Assembly (NCBI GenBank): GCA_045594665.1
Contig: JAZNYX010000062.1
Span: forward strand, 15,951 to 79,950
Direction: 5' to 3'
Source: Clostridia bacterium
GTDB lineage: Bacteria; Bacillota; Clostridia; UMGS1883
DNA: 64,000 nucleotides
In this document: positions 17,792 to 27,724 of the stretch, piece after piece
Layout of the letters: every line of letters starts with the position of its first letter
How positions within the stretch are numbered: position 1 is the first letter of the stretch
The notes under the pieces: model-generated
What the model was told of the DNA's origin: nothing
The model's database searches: none
The model's input: only the letters and a program-made list of their open reading frames with translations
Program-made: the position numbers and the translations under genes

Positions 17792-18007
17792 CTGACAAAC
17801 CTCCATTATAGCATAGATACTGTTTTATGATAGCTCGTATACCTTAAATAAAGCTTAAATAAAACAGACTGCGGCAAAATGATTTTCATTCATACTTTTC
17901 ACAAATGAAAACTGTTGACTAACTCGTCTTAAGTGTGATATAATGTTTAATAATTATGGGGTGGTATACCCTATAAGCCGAAAAGCGGCAGAATGGAGAT
18001 TTTTCTT

Positions 18008-18886
18008 ATGATAAAGAGTATGACAGGCTACGGAAGCGGAAAGGCAGAAATGGGTAATAAAACCTTTACCGTTGAAATCAAAGCGGTTAATTCCAGATAC
18101 AGTGATTTTTCCATCAAAATGCCCAGAGTATATACTTTCCTTGAGGACCCGATTCGTAAGGCGGCACAGGAGAAGATAAACCGAGGCAAGGTGGACATAT
18201 ATGTAAATGTGGAATCAAGCGGTGAGGATGACAGTGTGGTTAAGGTGAACACTGCACTGGCAAAGGAATACCTGGGCGGTCTTCGCACCCTTTCTTCGGA
18301 GCTTCAGATTGCAAGCAACGCCACAGCAGAAACCTTTCTGCGTATTCCCGATATTTTTGTATTAGACAAAGCACCCGAGGACGAGAATTTAATTAAGGAA
18401 ACGGTGCTTAAAGCACTTTCCGAGGCACTTTGCGGATTTGATGCCATGCGTATTGCCGAGGGCGAAAAGCTTGAGAGCGACCTTAAAGAGCACCTTGCTT
18501 TTATAGCGGATGCTACGGCTAAGGTTGAGGAGCGTTCTCCCCAGGTTGTATCGGAGTACCGCCAAAGAATCGAAGAAAGAATGAAGGACATATTGGCAGG
18601 TGCCTCCTACGATGAAACAAGACTTCTTACCGAGGTTGCCATTTTTGCAGATAAGGTAAATGTAAATGAGGAAACCGTTCGCTTAAGAAGCCACGTGGAC
18701 CAGTTTACCGCTATGCTCAGTGGTGGCGGATGCGTGGGACGAAAGATAGACTTTCTGATTCAGGAAATGAATCGTGAAATTAATACAATCGGTTCAAAAT
18801 CCAACGACCTTGACGTGGCACGAATTGTGATTGATGTAAAGGCGGAGATTGAGAAGCTTAGAGAACAAATTCAAAACGTTGAATAA
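18008..18886 (+). CDS. yicC: YicC family stress-induced protein
   Basis: N-terminal MIKSMTGYG and C-terminal FLIQEMNREINTIGSK signatures. Confidence 0.9.
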   Translation: MIKSMTGYGSGKAEMGNKTFTVEIKAVNSRYSDFSIKMPRVYTFLEDPIRKAAQEKINRGKVDIYVNVESSGEDDSVVKVNTALAKEYLGGLRTLSSELQIASNATAETFLRIPDIFVLDKAPEDENLIKETVLKALSEALCGFDAMRIAEGEKLESDLKEHLAFIADATAKVEERSPQVVSEYRQRIEERMKDILAGASYDETRLLTEVAIFADKVNVNEETVRLRSHVDQFTAMLSGGGCVGRKIDFLIQEMNREINTIGSKSNDLDVARIVIDVKAEIEKLREQIQNVE

Positions 18887-18951
18887 AAAAGTGTATAAAA
18901 ACAGCACCTACCTCATAATGCATTATGCATTTTAAAAAAGGATTGTTTAAG

Positions 18952-19218
18952 ATGAAATTAGTTAATATCGGATTCGGAAATTTGGTTTCCGACGAAAGAA
19001 TAGTAAGCATTGTCCTCCCCGAAAGCGCCCCCGTAAAGAGAATCGCACAGGAGGCGAGGGAAAAAGGAATGCTTATTGATGCCACCTACGGCAGAAAGAC
19101 AAAAAGCGTTATCGTAACCGACAGCGAACACGTTATACTTTCCGCACTGCCTCCCGATATAATCGCACAGAGGCACGGAAGCTATGTGGAGTTTGATGAT
19201 GAAGACAGAAAGGAATGA
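18952..19218 (+). CDS. remA: RemA/DUF370 family regulator
   Basis: [11 protein letters not shown]....IV.I..P.SAP.KR.. pattern, in the conserved position between yicC and gmk. Confidence 0.85.
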   Translation: MKLVNIGFGNLVSDERIVSIVLPESAPVKRIAQEAREKGMLIDATYGRKTKSVIVTDSEHVILSALPPDIIAQRHGSYVEFDDEDRKE

Positions 19219-19224
19219 TTACAT

Positions 19225-19842
19225 ATGAAGAAAAAAGGCTTGCTCCTTGTTATCTCCGGTCCCTCCGGCGTAGGCAAGGGCACTGTTTGCAAGGAATATC
19301 TTCGCACACATGATGATTGCGCCCTTTCCGTATCTGCTACCACACGCAGTCCCCGTGAGGGTGAAATTGACGGTGTGAACTACTTTTTTCTGAGTCACGA
19401 GGAATTCAGAAAAAGAATAGATGCAGACGGATTTCTGGAACATGCGGTTTTCTGCGAAAATTATTACGGAACTCCCAAGGATGCCGTTATGGAAATGATA
19501 GAAAGCGGCAAAGATGTAATATTGGAAATCGAGGTTCAGGGAGCGCTTCAGGTTCGTGCTCATTATCCCGAAGCCGTATTTATATTCGTTCTTCCCCCGC
19601 ATCTCGAGGATTTGGAGGCAAGGCTTCGCGGCAGAGGCACGGAGACGGAGGATGTGATTTTAAGCCGTCTTGAAAGAGCCAAGGCAGAATTTAAATATAT
19701 TGAAAAGTACAATTATGTACTTATAAATGACACGGTGGAGAATGCAGCAGCACGCCTTGATGCTATTGTTAAGGCGGAGCACTCTCTCCTTTGCCGAAAC
19801 TACAAATATATAGAAAAAGAATTTTTAAATATAGAAAGGTAA
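19225..19842 (+). CDS. gmk: guanylate kinase
   Basis: GPSGVGKGTV P-loop, SATTR and YYGT motifs. Confidence 0.95.
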   Translation: MKKKGLLLVISGPSGVGKGTVCKEYLRTHDDCALSVSATTRSPREGEIDGVNYFFLSHEEFRKRIDADGFLEHAVFCENYYGTPKDAVMEMIESGKDVILEIEVQGALQVRAHYPEAVFIFVLPPHLEDLEARLRGRGTETEDVILSRLERAKAEFKYIEKYNYVLINDTVENAAARLDAIVKAEHSLLCRNYKYIEKEFLNIER

Positions 19843-19850
19843 TGATAAAT

Positions 19851-20090
19851 ATGTTGTATCCCGAAATTTCAAAACTCATGGAGGGACTTGATTCCCGTTA
19901 CTCACTTGTAATTGTTACTGCGAAGCGTGCCCGTCAGCTCGTTGCCGATTCAGGTAATGACAAGACCGTTTCCCGTGCAATAAACGAAATCGCAAGCGGT
20001 AAAATCAGATGCGTAAAAGGCACGGCGCAGCAGCGTTTTTCAAAAGCGGTTGCCGAATATGAAGCATCCTTGGACACTGAGGAAGAATAA
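19851..20090 (+). CDS. rpoZ: DNA-directed RNA polymerase subunit omega
   Basis: SRYSLVIVTAKRARQL motif, conserved position after gmk, GAAAGG RBS 11 nt upstream. Confidence 0.9.
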   Translation: MLYPEISKLMEGLDSRYSLVIVTAKRARQLVADSGNDKTVSRAINEIASGKIRCVKGTAQQRFSKAVAEYEASLDTEEE

Positions 20091-20092
20091 TC

Positions 20093-22525
20093 ATGATTGC
20101 TCAGGTTTATGTAAATACAAAAAACCTGAATATTGATAAGCCCTTTGACTACCTTGTGCCTGAGGCTATTGAAGATAAAATTGCGGTGGGATGCCGTGTT
20201 AAAGTCCCTTTCGGCACAGGGAACATGCCCAAGGAGGCTTATGTTACCGAGCTTAAGAACGTCAGCAGTTTTGAAGCACTCAAGGAGATTAAATCCTTAA
20301 CCGATGAGCTTCCCGTGCTGACAAAAAGCAGTATCGGTCTATGCTTTTACATGAGGGAAAGATACTTTTGCACCTTTTCCGAAGCGGCACAGCTATGCCT
20401 TCCGCCGGGGACTGATGCAAAATTTGAGGAATGGATTTCGCTTACTCACAAATATTTTGATATGATTTCTTCTGTCAAAGGAATAAAGCAGGAACAGCTT
20501 TTGCGGCTTTTGGAGCAATCGGACGGCAGTGCGGAAATGCAGCAGATTAAAAGTCTTTTGGGCAAAAATGCCAGAGTCAGTGTAAATGCACTTATAAAAA
20601 AGGGCATATGCGAAAAAAGCTTCCGTGATAAACGCCGTGCAAATGAAAAGACAATCCGACTGGCTTTCTACTGCGGTGAGGAGGACATTTCATACTATAT
20701 TGAAAAGCTTGAAAAGAGCGCACCCCGTCAGGCGGCGGTGCTTAGAGTTTTAGGCGAGCTTGGCGAGCTTTCCGTTCCCGATATATTACGTGCTTCAGGC
20801 TCTACACGAAATGCCGTGGAAGCCCTTTACGTAAAGCATTTAATAGATTATCGTGAGGCAGAGGTTCTGCGTAACCCTTTGGAGGGGAAAGCTTCTTCTG
20901 AGCCTTTACCCCTTAAGCTGTCAAAGCTGCAGGAGGAAGCCTCCAAGACTATAACAGAAAGCAAAAGGGGAACTTTTCTCATACACGGTGTTACGGGAAG
21001 CGGTAAAACCGAAGTATATATGAGCATAGTTTCCAGAGCTTTTGAAAAAAACAAGCAAATTATAATTCTTGTACCCGAAATTGCCCTGACCCCACAGATG
21101 ACAAGCCGCTTTTTCAGCCGTTTCGGTAAAAACGTGGCTGTTATTCACAGTGCTCTTTCCTTAGGTGAAAGGCTGGACGAATGGCGGCGAATCCGCCGTG
21201 GCGAGGCAAGGCTTGTTATCGGTGCAAGAAGTGCAATTTTTGCCCCCTGTGATAATTTAGGAGCAATAATAATTGACGAGGAGCATGAGCAATCCTACAA
21301 ATCGGAGTCTTCTCCCCGTTATCATGCCCGTGATATTGCGGCATATCTTGCAAAGGAGCATGATTGTCCGCTTATTTTAGGCAGTGCAACGCCGTCTGTT
21401 GAAAGCTATTATAAAGCAAAATGCGGCGAATATACTTTAATAGAACTTTTGGAAAGATATAATAAACAGCCACTTCCCGAGGTTTTTATTTCCGACATGC
21501 GTCAGGAGCTTAAAGAGGGAAACAAAACCGTTTTAAGCCGATTTTTGGCAAAAGAGATTGCTTCAAACATCAAAAGCGGTGAGCAAACTATTCTGTTTCT
21601 TAACAGGAGGGGATATTCCACGTTTGTTTCCTGCCGTGAATGCGGATATGTATTTTCCTGTCCTAATTGCAGTGTTTCGCTGACGTATCATAAAAACACC
21701 GATTCTCTCACCTGCCATTACTGTGGCTACAGAGAAAAGGTTAAAAGCATTTGCCCGAAATGTCAGGGAAGCCGTGTACGTGATTTTGGGAGAGGTACGC
21801 AGAAAGCACAGGAGCAGATTGAAAGCATCTTCCCCTCTGCAAAAACCCTCAGAATGGATGCGGACACCACGAGCGGAAAACGTGGCCACGAAAAGCTTTT
21901 GGAGCAGTTCGACGGTGAAAAGACCGATATACTCTTAGGTACGCAAATGGTTACAAAGGGACTTGATTTTGAAAATGTGACTCTTGTGGGAGTGCTGGCG
22001 GCAGATGCTTCGCTTAACATTGATGATTTCAGAGCACAGGAGCGTACCTTTAATCTGATAACGCAGGTATGTGGCAGAGCAGGCAGAGGCGAAAAAAAGG
22101 GCAGATGTGTTATTCAGACCTACGAGCCTGAAAATCCCACGCTTCTTTTAGCGGCGTCGCAGGATTACAAGGCATTTTTCGAGGATGAAATTTCCTACAG
22201 ACGGGAGTTTCTTTATCCCCCGTTTTGTGATATTATAAATATAACGGTATCCTCCTCCGACCGGGAGGAGGCGGAAAAGGCAATAGGAAGCATTGCGATG
22301 AAGCTTAGAGTTGCCCTCCGCGGTTATGACAACTGTAAGTTCTACGGTCCTTCGCCTGCCCCCGTAAACAAAATTCAGGGCAGACACAGAATGAGGCTGT
22401 GGCTTAAATGCCGTGCCGATGAGGATTTTATCTGTGAGCTTAGGGTGGCTCTCCACGAAAGTCCGAAAAAACGAAATTCCGATTTATCGGTAATTGCGGA
22501 TATTAATCCGTACAGCATGACGTAA
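20093..22525 (+). CDS. priA: primosomal protein N-prime (replication restart helicase)
   Basis: HGVTGSGKTEVY, IIDEEH, and a Cys-rich zinc module CRECGYVFSCPNC..CHYCG..CPKC. Confidence 0.95.
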   Translation: MIAQVYVNTKNLNIDKPFDYLVPEAIEDKIAVGCRVKVPFGTGNMPKEAYVTELKNVSSFEALKEIKSLTDELPVLTKSSIGLCFYMRERYFCTFSEAAQLCLPPGTDAKFEEWISLTHKYFDMISSVKGIKQEQLLRLLEQSDGSAEMQQIKSLLGKNARVSVNALIKKGICEKSFRDKRRANEKTIRLAFYCGEEDISYYIEKLEKSAPRQAAVLRVLGELGELSVPDILRASGSTRNAVEALYVKHLIDYREAEVLRNPLEGKASSEPLPLKLSKLQEEASKTITESKRGTFLIHGVTGSGKTEVYMSIVSRAFEKNKQIIILVPEIALTPQMTSRFFSRFGKNVAVIHSALSLGERLDEWRRIRRGEARLVIGARSAIFAPCDNLGAIIIDEEHEQSYKSESSPRYHARDIAAYLAKEHDCPLILGSATPSVESYYKAKCGEYTLIELLERYNKQPLPEVFISDMRQELKEGNKTVLSRFLAKEIASNIKSGEQTILFLNRRGYSTFVSCRECGYVFSCPNCSVSLTYHKNTDSLTCHYCGYREKVKSICPKCQGSRVRDFGRGTQKAQEQIESIFPSAKTLRMDADTTSGKRGHEKLLEQFDGEKTDILLGTQMVTKGLDFENVTLVGVLAADASLNIDDFRAQERTFNLITQVCGRAGRGEKKGRCVIQTYEPENPTLLLAASQDYKAFFEDEISYRREFLYPPFCDIINITVSSSDREEAEKAIGSIAMKLRVALRGYDNCKFYGPSPAPVNKIQGRHRMRLWLKCRADEDFICELRVALHESPKKRNSDLSVIADINPYSMT

Positions 22526-22537
22526 GGAGAAATTAAC

Positions 22538-23011
22538 ATGGCGATAAGAAAAATCAGAGAAATTGGCGACCCGTGTCTTAAAAAGAAATGCCGTGAAGTG
22601 GAAAATTTTGACGAAAAGCTTCACACGCTTCTTGACGATATGCAGGAAACTCTCATTCTTTCAAACGGAGTGGGACTTGCCGCACCTCAGGTGGGAATCC
22701 TGCGCAGGGCAGTTGTAATAGATTTAGGCGAGGACGAGGGTATGCTTGAGCTTATAAACCCCGTTATCACCCACACCGAGGGCAGTGTTACCGATACTGA
22801 AGGGTGCCTCAGCGTTCCCGGTAAGGCAGGAACGGTTACAAGACCGCAGAAAGCTACCGTAAAGGCATTTGACAGATACGGAGATGAGTTTGAATTTACG
22901 GGCGAGGACCTTTATGCAAGGTGTATTTGCCACGAGTGTGACCACCTTGACGGCACACTTTATGTTGAAAAGGCCTCCGAGGTATTTGAACTGGAACAAG
23001 ATGAGGAGTAA
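22538..23011 (+). CDS. def: peptide deformylase
   Basis: GVGLAAPQVG, EGCLSVPG and HECDHLDG motifs. Confidence 0.95.
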   Translation: MAIRKIREIGDPCLKKKCREVENFDEKLHTLLDDMQETLILSNGVGLAAPQVGILRRAVVIDLGEDEGMLELINPVITHTEGSVTDTEGCLSVPGKAGTVTRPQKATVKAFDRYGDEFEFTGEDLYARCICHECDHLDGTLYVEKASEVFELEQDEE

Positions 23012-23015
23012 TTCT

Positions 23016-23942
23016 ATGCGTATATTATTTATGGGAACACCCGAATTTGCACAGGTTTCGCTGAAAGCACTTATTGATGACAGGCGGGATGTTATCGGCG
23101 TAATAACTCAGCCCGATAAGCCCAAGGGCAGGGGCTATGAAATGTCAATGCCCGAAGTCAAAATTTTTGCTTTGGAGCAAAACATTCCCGTGTACCAGCC
23201 CGAAACACTTAGGGATGAAGCTATTCTTCCTCTTTTACAGGAGCTTAATCCCGACATTATTGTAGTGGTGGCTTACGGAAAAATACTTCCCGAATATATA
23301 CTTAATTATCCCAAATACGGATGCATCAACATTCACGGGTCGCTTCTTCCCGAGTACCGAGGTGCCGCACCCATACAGAGAGCCGTGATTGACGGCAAAA
23401 AGGTCAGCGGTGTAACAAGTATGTACATGGAAAAAGGGCTTGACACAGGCGATATGCTTATAAAAGCGGAGCTTTCCATAGGAGAAGAAACCACAGCAGG
23501 AGAGTATCATGATGCCCTTGCAGTTTTGGGCGGAGAGGTGCTTCTTAAAACCTTAGACGGTCTGAAAGAGGGAACAATCACCCCCGAAAAACAGGAGGAC
23601 AGTCTTTCCACATATGCCTCTCAGCTTTCAAAAGCGGAGGGAGAAATTGACTGGAATAATACAAACGAACAAATCTACAATAAAGTAAGGGGGCTTAATC
23701 CCTGGCCGAAAGCCTTCAGCTTTATCGGAGGAAAGAGATTTGTGGTTGACTTTGTGTATAAATGCGACGATGAAGGAAATGCAGGCGAGGTTATCTCTGC
23801 CGACTGTGACGGAATCAAGGTTGCCTGCAAAAAGGGCAGTGTCATTATAAAAGAAATTAAGGTAGAAGGCAAAAAGAAAATGTCCGCTGAGGATTATCTC
23901 AGAGGACACAAAATCGAAAAAGGCACAAAATTAGGAGTGTGA
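23016..23942 (+). CDS. fmt: methionyl-tRNA formyltransferase
   Basis: MRILFMGTPEFA N-terminus and HGSLLPEYRGAAPIQ. The track ORF start at 22869 lies inside def. Confidence 0.95.
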   Translation: MRILFMGTPEFAQVSLKALIDDRRDVIGVITQPDKPKGRGYEMSMPEVKIFALEQNIPVYQPETLRDEAILPLLQELNPDIIVVVAYGKILPEYILNYPKYGCINIHGSLLPEYRGAAPIQRAVIDGKKVSGVTSMYMEKGLDTGDMLIKAELSIGEETTAGEYHDALAVLGGEVLLKTLDGLKEGTITPEKQEDSLSTYASQLSKAEGEIDWNNTNEQIYNKVRGLNPWPKAFSFIGGKRFVVDFVYKCDDEGNAGEVISADCDGIKVACKKGSVIIKEIKVEGKKKMSAEDYLRGHKIEKGTKLGV

Positions 23943-23948
23943 TTTTAT

Positions 23949-24653
23949 ATGTTATTTGGATTTGGTTATTATATGGATGCCGGTCTTGTACTGGTACTCA
24001 TTGCAGGTATATTTTCAATGATTGCCTCAATGAGAGTTAATTCCACTTTCAAAAAGTTTTCTTCCATGCACACAGGCAGAAATTTTACGGGCGAGCAGGC
24101 GGCAAGAAGAATCTTAGATTCCAATGGGCTTTACGATGTCCGCATTGAAAGAGTCCGTGGTGAGCTTACTGACCATTACGACCCCAAGGCAAATGTAATC
24201 AGGCTTTCCGACAGCGTACACAGCTCCACATCTGTTGCGGCAGTGGGCGTTGCGGCACACGAAGCAGGTCACGCAGTTCAGCATGCCACAAATTATAAGC
24301 CCATACAGCTTCGTAATTCTATCGTTCCCGTTGCAAATATAGGTTCTATGGCAGGTCCTTACCTTGTTATTTTGGGACTTCTTCTGTCCTACGGACCTCT
24401 TGCCTATGCAGGAATTGCCTTTTTCTCTCTGGCAGTTCTCTTTCAGCTTGTTACTCTTCCCGTGGAGTTTAACGCATCAAGAAGAGCCATTGCCACGCTT
24501 TCCGGCGGCGGTTATCTTGAAAGCGATGAAGTTCCCGCAGTGAAAAAGGTGCTGGGTGCGGCGGCAATGACATACGTTGCGGCAGCGGCTGTTTCCATTA
24601 TGCAGCTACTGAGACTTCTTATGCTGGTTGGCTCCAGAAGGAATGATGACTGA
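23949..24653 (+). CDS. membrane zinc metallopeptidase (Zn_peptidase_2 family)
   Basis: HEAGHAVQH motif with flanking TM helices. Confidence 0.8.
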   Translation: MLFGFGYYMDAGLVLVLIAGIFSMIASMRVNSTFKKFSSMHTGRNFTGEQAARRILDSNGLYDVRIERVRGELTDHYDPKANVIRLSDSVHSSTSVAAVGVAAHEAGHAVQHATNYKPIQLRNSIVPVANIGSMAGPYLVILGLLLSYGPLAYAGIAFFSLAVLFQLVTLPVEFNASRRAIATLSGGGYLESDEVPAVKKVLGAAAMTYVAAAAVSIMQLLRLLMLVGSRRNDD

Positions 24654-25909
24654 TGAGTTCACTTTCAAAGCCCCGTGAGGCGGCACTTAAAGCGTTATAC
24701 CGCTGTGAAAAGGACGGCGCATATCTTAATATTGCACTCCGTGATATATTGGCATCTGCCAATATGGAGCCGAGGGATAGCGCCCTTGCTACCAATATCG
24801 CTTTCGGAGTGATGAAAAACCGTCTTTTTCTGGATAATATTATAGCAAACATATCTTCAATAAAGTTAAAAAAGCTTTCCGTATGGATTATTAATATTTT
24901 AAGAATGGGAATCTTTGAGCTTCGTTTTCTCGACAGAATCCCCGAAAGTGCTACAGTAAACGAATGTGTCCGCCTTGCAAGAAGGTACGGGCACAGTGCC
25001 TCCGGCGGATTTGTAAATGCGGTGCTTCGGAAAGCCGCATCAACGGGGGATTTTCTTCCCGATGACACCGAAAGCGACGAATATATAAGCATAAAATACT
25101 CCATGCCCTTGTGGCTGGTGGATTTATGGAAAAGTCAGGGACACACCATAGAGCTTTTTAAGGCAATGAATGATACTCCCCCGGTAACGGTAAGGCTTAA
25201 CACGCTGAAAGCAAAGGGACTTGGAGAAGCTTTTGAAAAAACGGCTGACTGCGAATTTTCCTACCGTTACACAGGTAGCGGAAGCGTAGAAAACACTGAG
25301 GAATTTAAAGGCGGTGCCATTGCAATTCAGGACAGTGCTTCTCAAAGGGCAATCTCAGCTTTCGGGCTTAAAAAGGGCATGAGAGTGCTTGATTTATGCA
25401 GTGCTCCCGGCGGTAAAAGTGCGTTTATGGCTCAGCTTATGGATAACACGGGAGAAATTATCTCCTGCGACATACATAGCCATAAGCTTGCACTCATTGA
25501 AAATAATCTTAAAAGACTTGGCGTTACAAATGCCCGTGTTATGTTAAACGACGCAACTGTATTTAATCCCGAATTTGACCACTCTTTTGATGCTGTATTG
25601 GCAGATGTTCCCTGTTCTGGTTTGGGAGTAATCCGCAGAAAAAGCGATATTAAATGGACAAAATCGGAATTGGGAAATGATGAACTCGTAAAAATTCAGC
25701 GTGATATTGTTTCCAATGCCGTAAAATATGTGAAGCCGGGCGGAAAGCTCATGTATTCCACCTGTACAATAAATAAAAGCGAAAATGAGGATAATGCAAA
25801 GTGGATTTTGGAAAACTTTCCCGAGTTTTCCCTTGCAGAGCAAAAACAGCTTATGCCCCACACAGACGGCACGGACGGATTTTTCTACGCCGTTTTTGAA
25901 AGGAAGTAA
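24653..25909 (+). CDS. rsmB: 16S rRNA (cytosine967-C5)-methyltransferase
   Basis: NusB-like N-terminus, SAM-binding DLCSAPGGKS, and catalytic DVPCSG and STCT motifs. Confidence 0.9.
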   Translation: MSSLSKPREAALKALYRCEKDGAYLNIALRDILASANMEPRDSALATNIAFGVMKNRLFLDNIIANISSIKLKKLSVWIINILRMGIFELRFLDRIPESATVNECVRLARRYGHSASGGFVNAVLRKAASTGDFLPDDTESDEYISIKYSMPLWLVDLWKSQGHTIELFKAMNDTPPVTVRLNTLKAKGLGEAFEKTADCEFSYRYTGSGSVENTEEFKGGAIAIQDSASQRAISAFGLKKGMRVLDLCSAPGGKSAFMAQLMDNTGEIISCDIHSHKLALIENNLKRLGVTNARVMLNDATVFNPEFDHSFDAVLADVPCSGLGVIRRKSDIKWTKSELGNDELVKIQRDIVSNAVKYVKPGGKLMYSTCTINKSENEDNAKWILENFPEFSLAEQKQLMPHTDGTDGFFYAVFERK

Positions 25910-25914
25910 CAGCC

Positions 25915-26931
25915 TTGAATTTAGGTGATTTGACAAAAGCACAGCTAAAAGAATATATCAAAAGCATCGGTCAAAGCCCCTTTCGTGCAGACCAGATTTA
26001 CAAATGGATTCACGGTGGAATTGAGGCTCCCGATGAAATGACAAATATTCCCCTCACGCTAAGGCAAAGGCTTTGTGAAGAATTTGAAATTTTTCTTCCC
26101 GAGGTACACAAGAAGCTTGAAAGTAGGCTTGACGGGACGGTAAAATATCTGCTTCGCCTTTCCGACGGCAACATTATTGAAACCGTGGTAATGGACTATC
26201 ATCACGGAAAAAGCATCTGCATTTCAAGCCAGGTTGGGTGCAGAATGGGATGCAGTTTTTGTGCTTCCACTCTCCACGGGCTTGTAAGAAATCTTTCTCC
26301 CTTTGAGATAGAAGGGCAGATTTTAAGAGCACAAAAAGACCTTGGCGTGAAAATAAGCAGTGTAGTAATTATGGGAATAGGCGAGCCTCTTGATAATTAC
26401 GACAATATAATTACATTTCTGAAAAACATAAATGATGAATCGGGGGTAGGAATGGGCTACAGGCACATTACCCTTTCTACATGCGGACTTGCAGATAAAA
26501 TCCGCACCCTTGCAGATGAGGAAATCCCCATAAACTTGGCAATTTCCCTCCATGCCCCCACAGACGAAGTGAGGAAGGTGCTGATGCCCGTGGCAAAGGC
26601 GTATTCCCTTGAAAGTCTGATGAGTGCCTGCGACTATTACTTTGATAAAACCCACAGACGCATAACCTTTGAATATGCGCTGGTAAAAGATAAAAACTCC
26701 CATATGGAGGAGGCGCGCACCCTTGCAAAGCTTCTTCGGGGAAGAAACTGCCACGTGAATTTAATTCCCGTAAATCCCGTCAGGGAGCGTGACAACATAC
26801 GCACAAGCGAGAAAGAAACACAGGATTTTAAAAAGGCTCTTGAAAGCCTTGGAATAAATGCAACAGTCCGCAGAGAATTAGGTGCAGATATAAATGCCTC
26901 CTGCGGACAGCTTAGAAACAATGAATTATAA
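25915..26931 (+). CDS. rlmN: 23S rRNA (adenine2503-C2)-methyltransferase, radical SAM
   Basis: Radical-SAM cluster motif CRMGCSFC, plus GMGEP-like MGIGEPLDN. Confidence 0.95.
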   Translation: MNLGDLTKAQLKEYIKSIGQSPFRADQIYKWIHGGIEAPDEMTNIPLTLRQRLCEEFEIFLPEVHKKLESRLDGTVKYLLRLSDGNIIETVVMDYHHGKSICISSQVGCRMGCSFCASTLHGLVRNLSPFEIEGQILRAQKDLGVKISSVVIMGIGEPLDNYDNIITFLKNINDESGVGMGYRHITLSTCGLADKIRTLADEEIPINLAISLHAPTDEVRKVLMPVAKAYSLESLMSACDYYFDKTHRRITFEYALVKDKNSHMEEARTLAKLLRGRNCHVNLIPVNPVRERDNIRTSEKETQDFKKALESLGINATVRRELGADINASCGQLRNNEL

Positions 26932-26954
26932 AACCCTTTTGGGGAGGTGGTAAT

Positions 26955-27686
26955 ATGCAGTTTTATTCACTTAGCGACAGAGGTATGCTTCGTGAAATAA
27001 ACGAAGATTATTTCATATCGGAAAATATAGAGGGCTTTACCGTGCTGATTCTTACCGACGGCATGGGGGGGCACAACGGCGGTGAAACCGCCAGTAAAAT
27101 TGCAGGGGAAATTATTTTTGATTTCCTCTCCGGTAGGCTGAAAGAGGCACTTCTGCCGGGGCAGATTATGCTGATGATGGAGGAGGCTCTCGAAAAGGCC
27201 AACGAATATATTCTTTCGCTTTCCAAAAAGAAGTCGAGTCTTGCAGGAATGGGTACTACTGCCGACGTTTTGGTATTTAAGAAGGATGCGGCTTACATAG
27301 CCCACGTTGGGGACGGAAGAATTTACGTCCTTGGCAAAGACGGAAAGCTTAGTCTTCTTACTAAAGACCATTCCCTGGTTGAATATATGGTTGAAACAGG
27401 GGCCATTACCCGTGAACAAGCGGCAGACCATCCACAGAAAAACGTCATTACAAAAGCTTTGGGGATTTCTCCCGATGTTAATGCCGATGTCTTTCATGTG
27501 AAGGCATCGGAGAAAAGCCGTTTTCTCATGTGCAGTGACGGGCTTACGAATATGCTCAGCGATGAAGCTATTGAAAAGACGCTGTCACGCTCAGAAAGCC
27601 TTGAGGACGGAGTTAAGACGCTGATAAAGCTGGCAAATGAAGCAGGCGGAAGCGACAACATTACAGTTATTTTGGCAGAAATCTGA
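26955..27686 (+). CDS. stp: PP2C-family Ser/Thr phosphatase
   Basis: DGMGGH, GDGR and SDG..N motifs. Sits immediately upstream of the PASTA kinase. Confidence 0.9.
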   Translation: MQFYSLSDRGMLREINEDYFISENIEGFTVLILTDGMGGHNGGETASKIAGEIIFDFLSGRLKEALLPGQIMLMMEEALEKANEYILSLSKKKSSLAGMGTTADVLVFKKDAAYIAHVGDGRIYVLGKDGKLSLLTKDHSLVEYMVETGAITREQAADHPQKNVITKALGISPDVNADVFHVKASEKSRFLMCSDGLTNMLSDEAIEKTLSRSESLEDGVKTLIKLANEAGGSDNITVILAEI

Positions 27687-27724
27687 TAAAAAAGATTTTA
27701 CACCTACTTTACGGAGGAAATATT

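Noticed and set aside
19842-20092. Absence of coaBC between rpoZ and priA, compared with the Bacillus gene order
   Set aside because: This is a lineage-specific synteny difference with no local scar or remnant visible, so it is not informative by itself.
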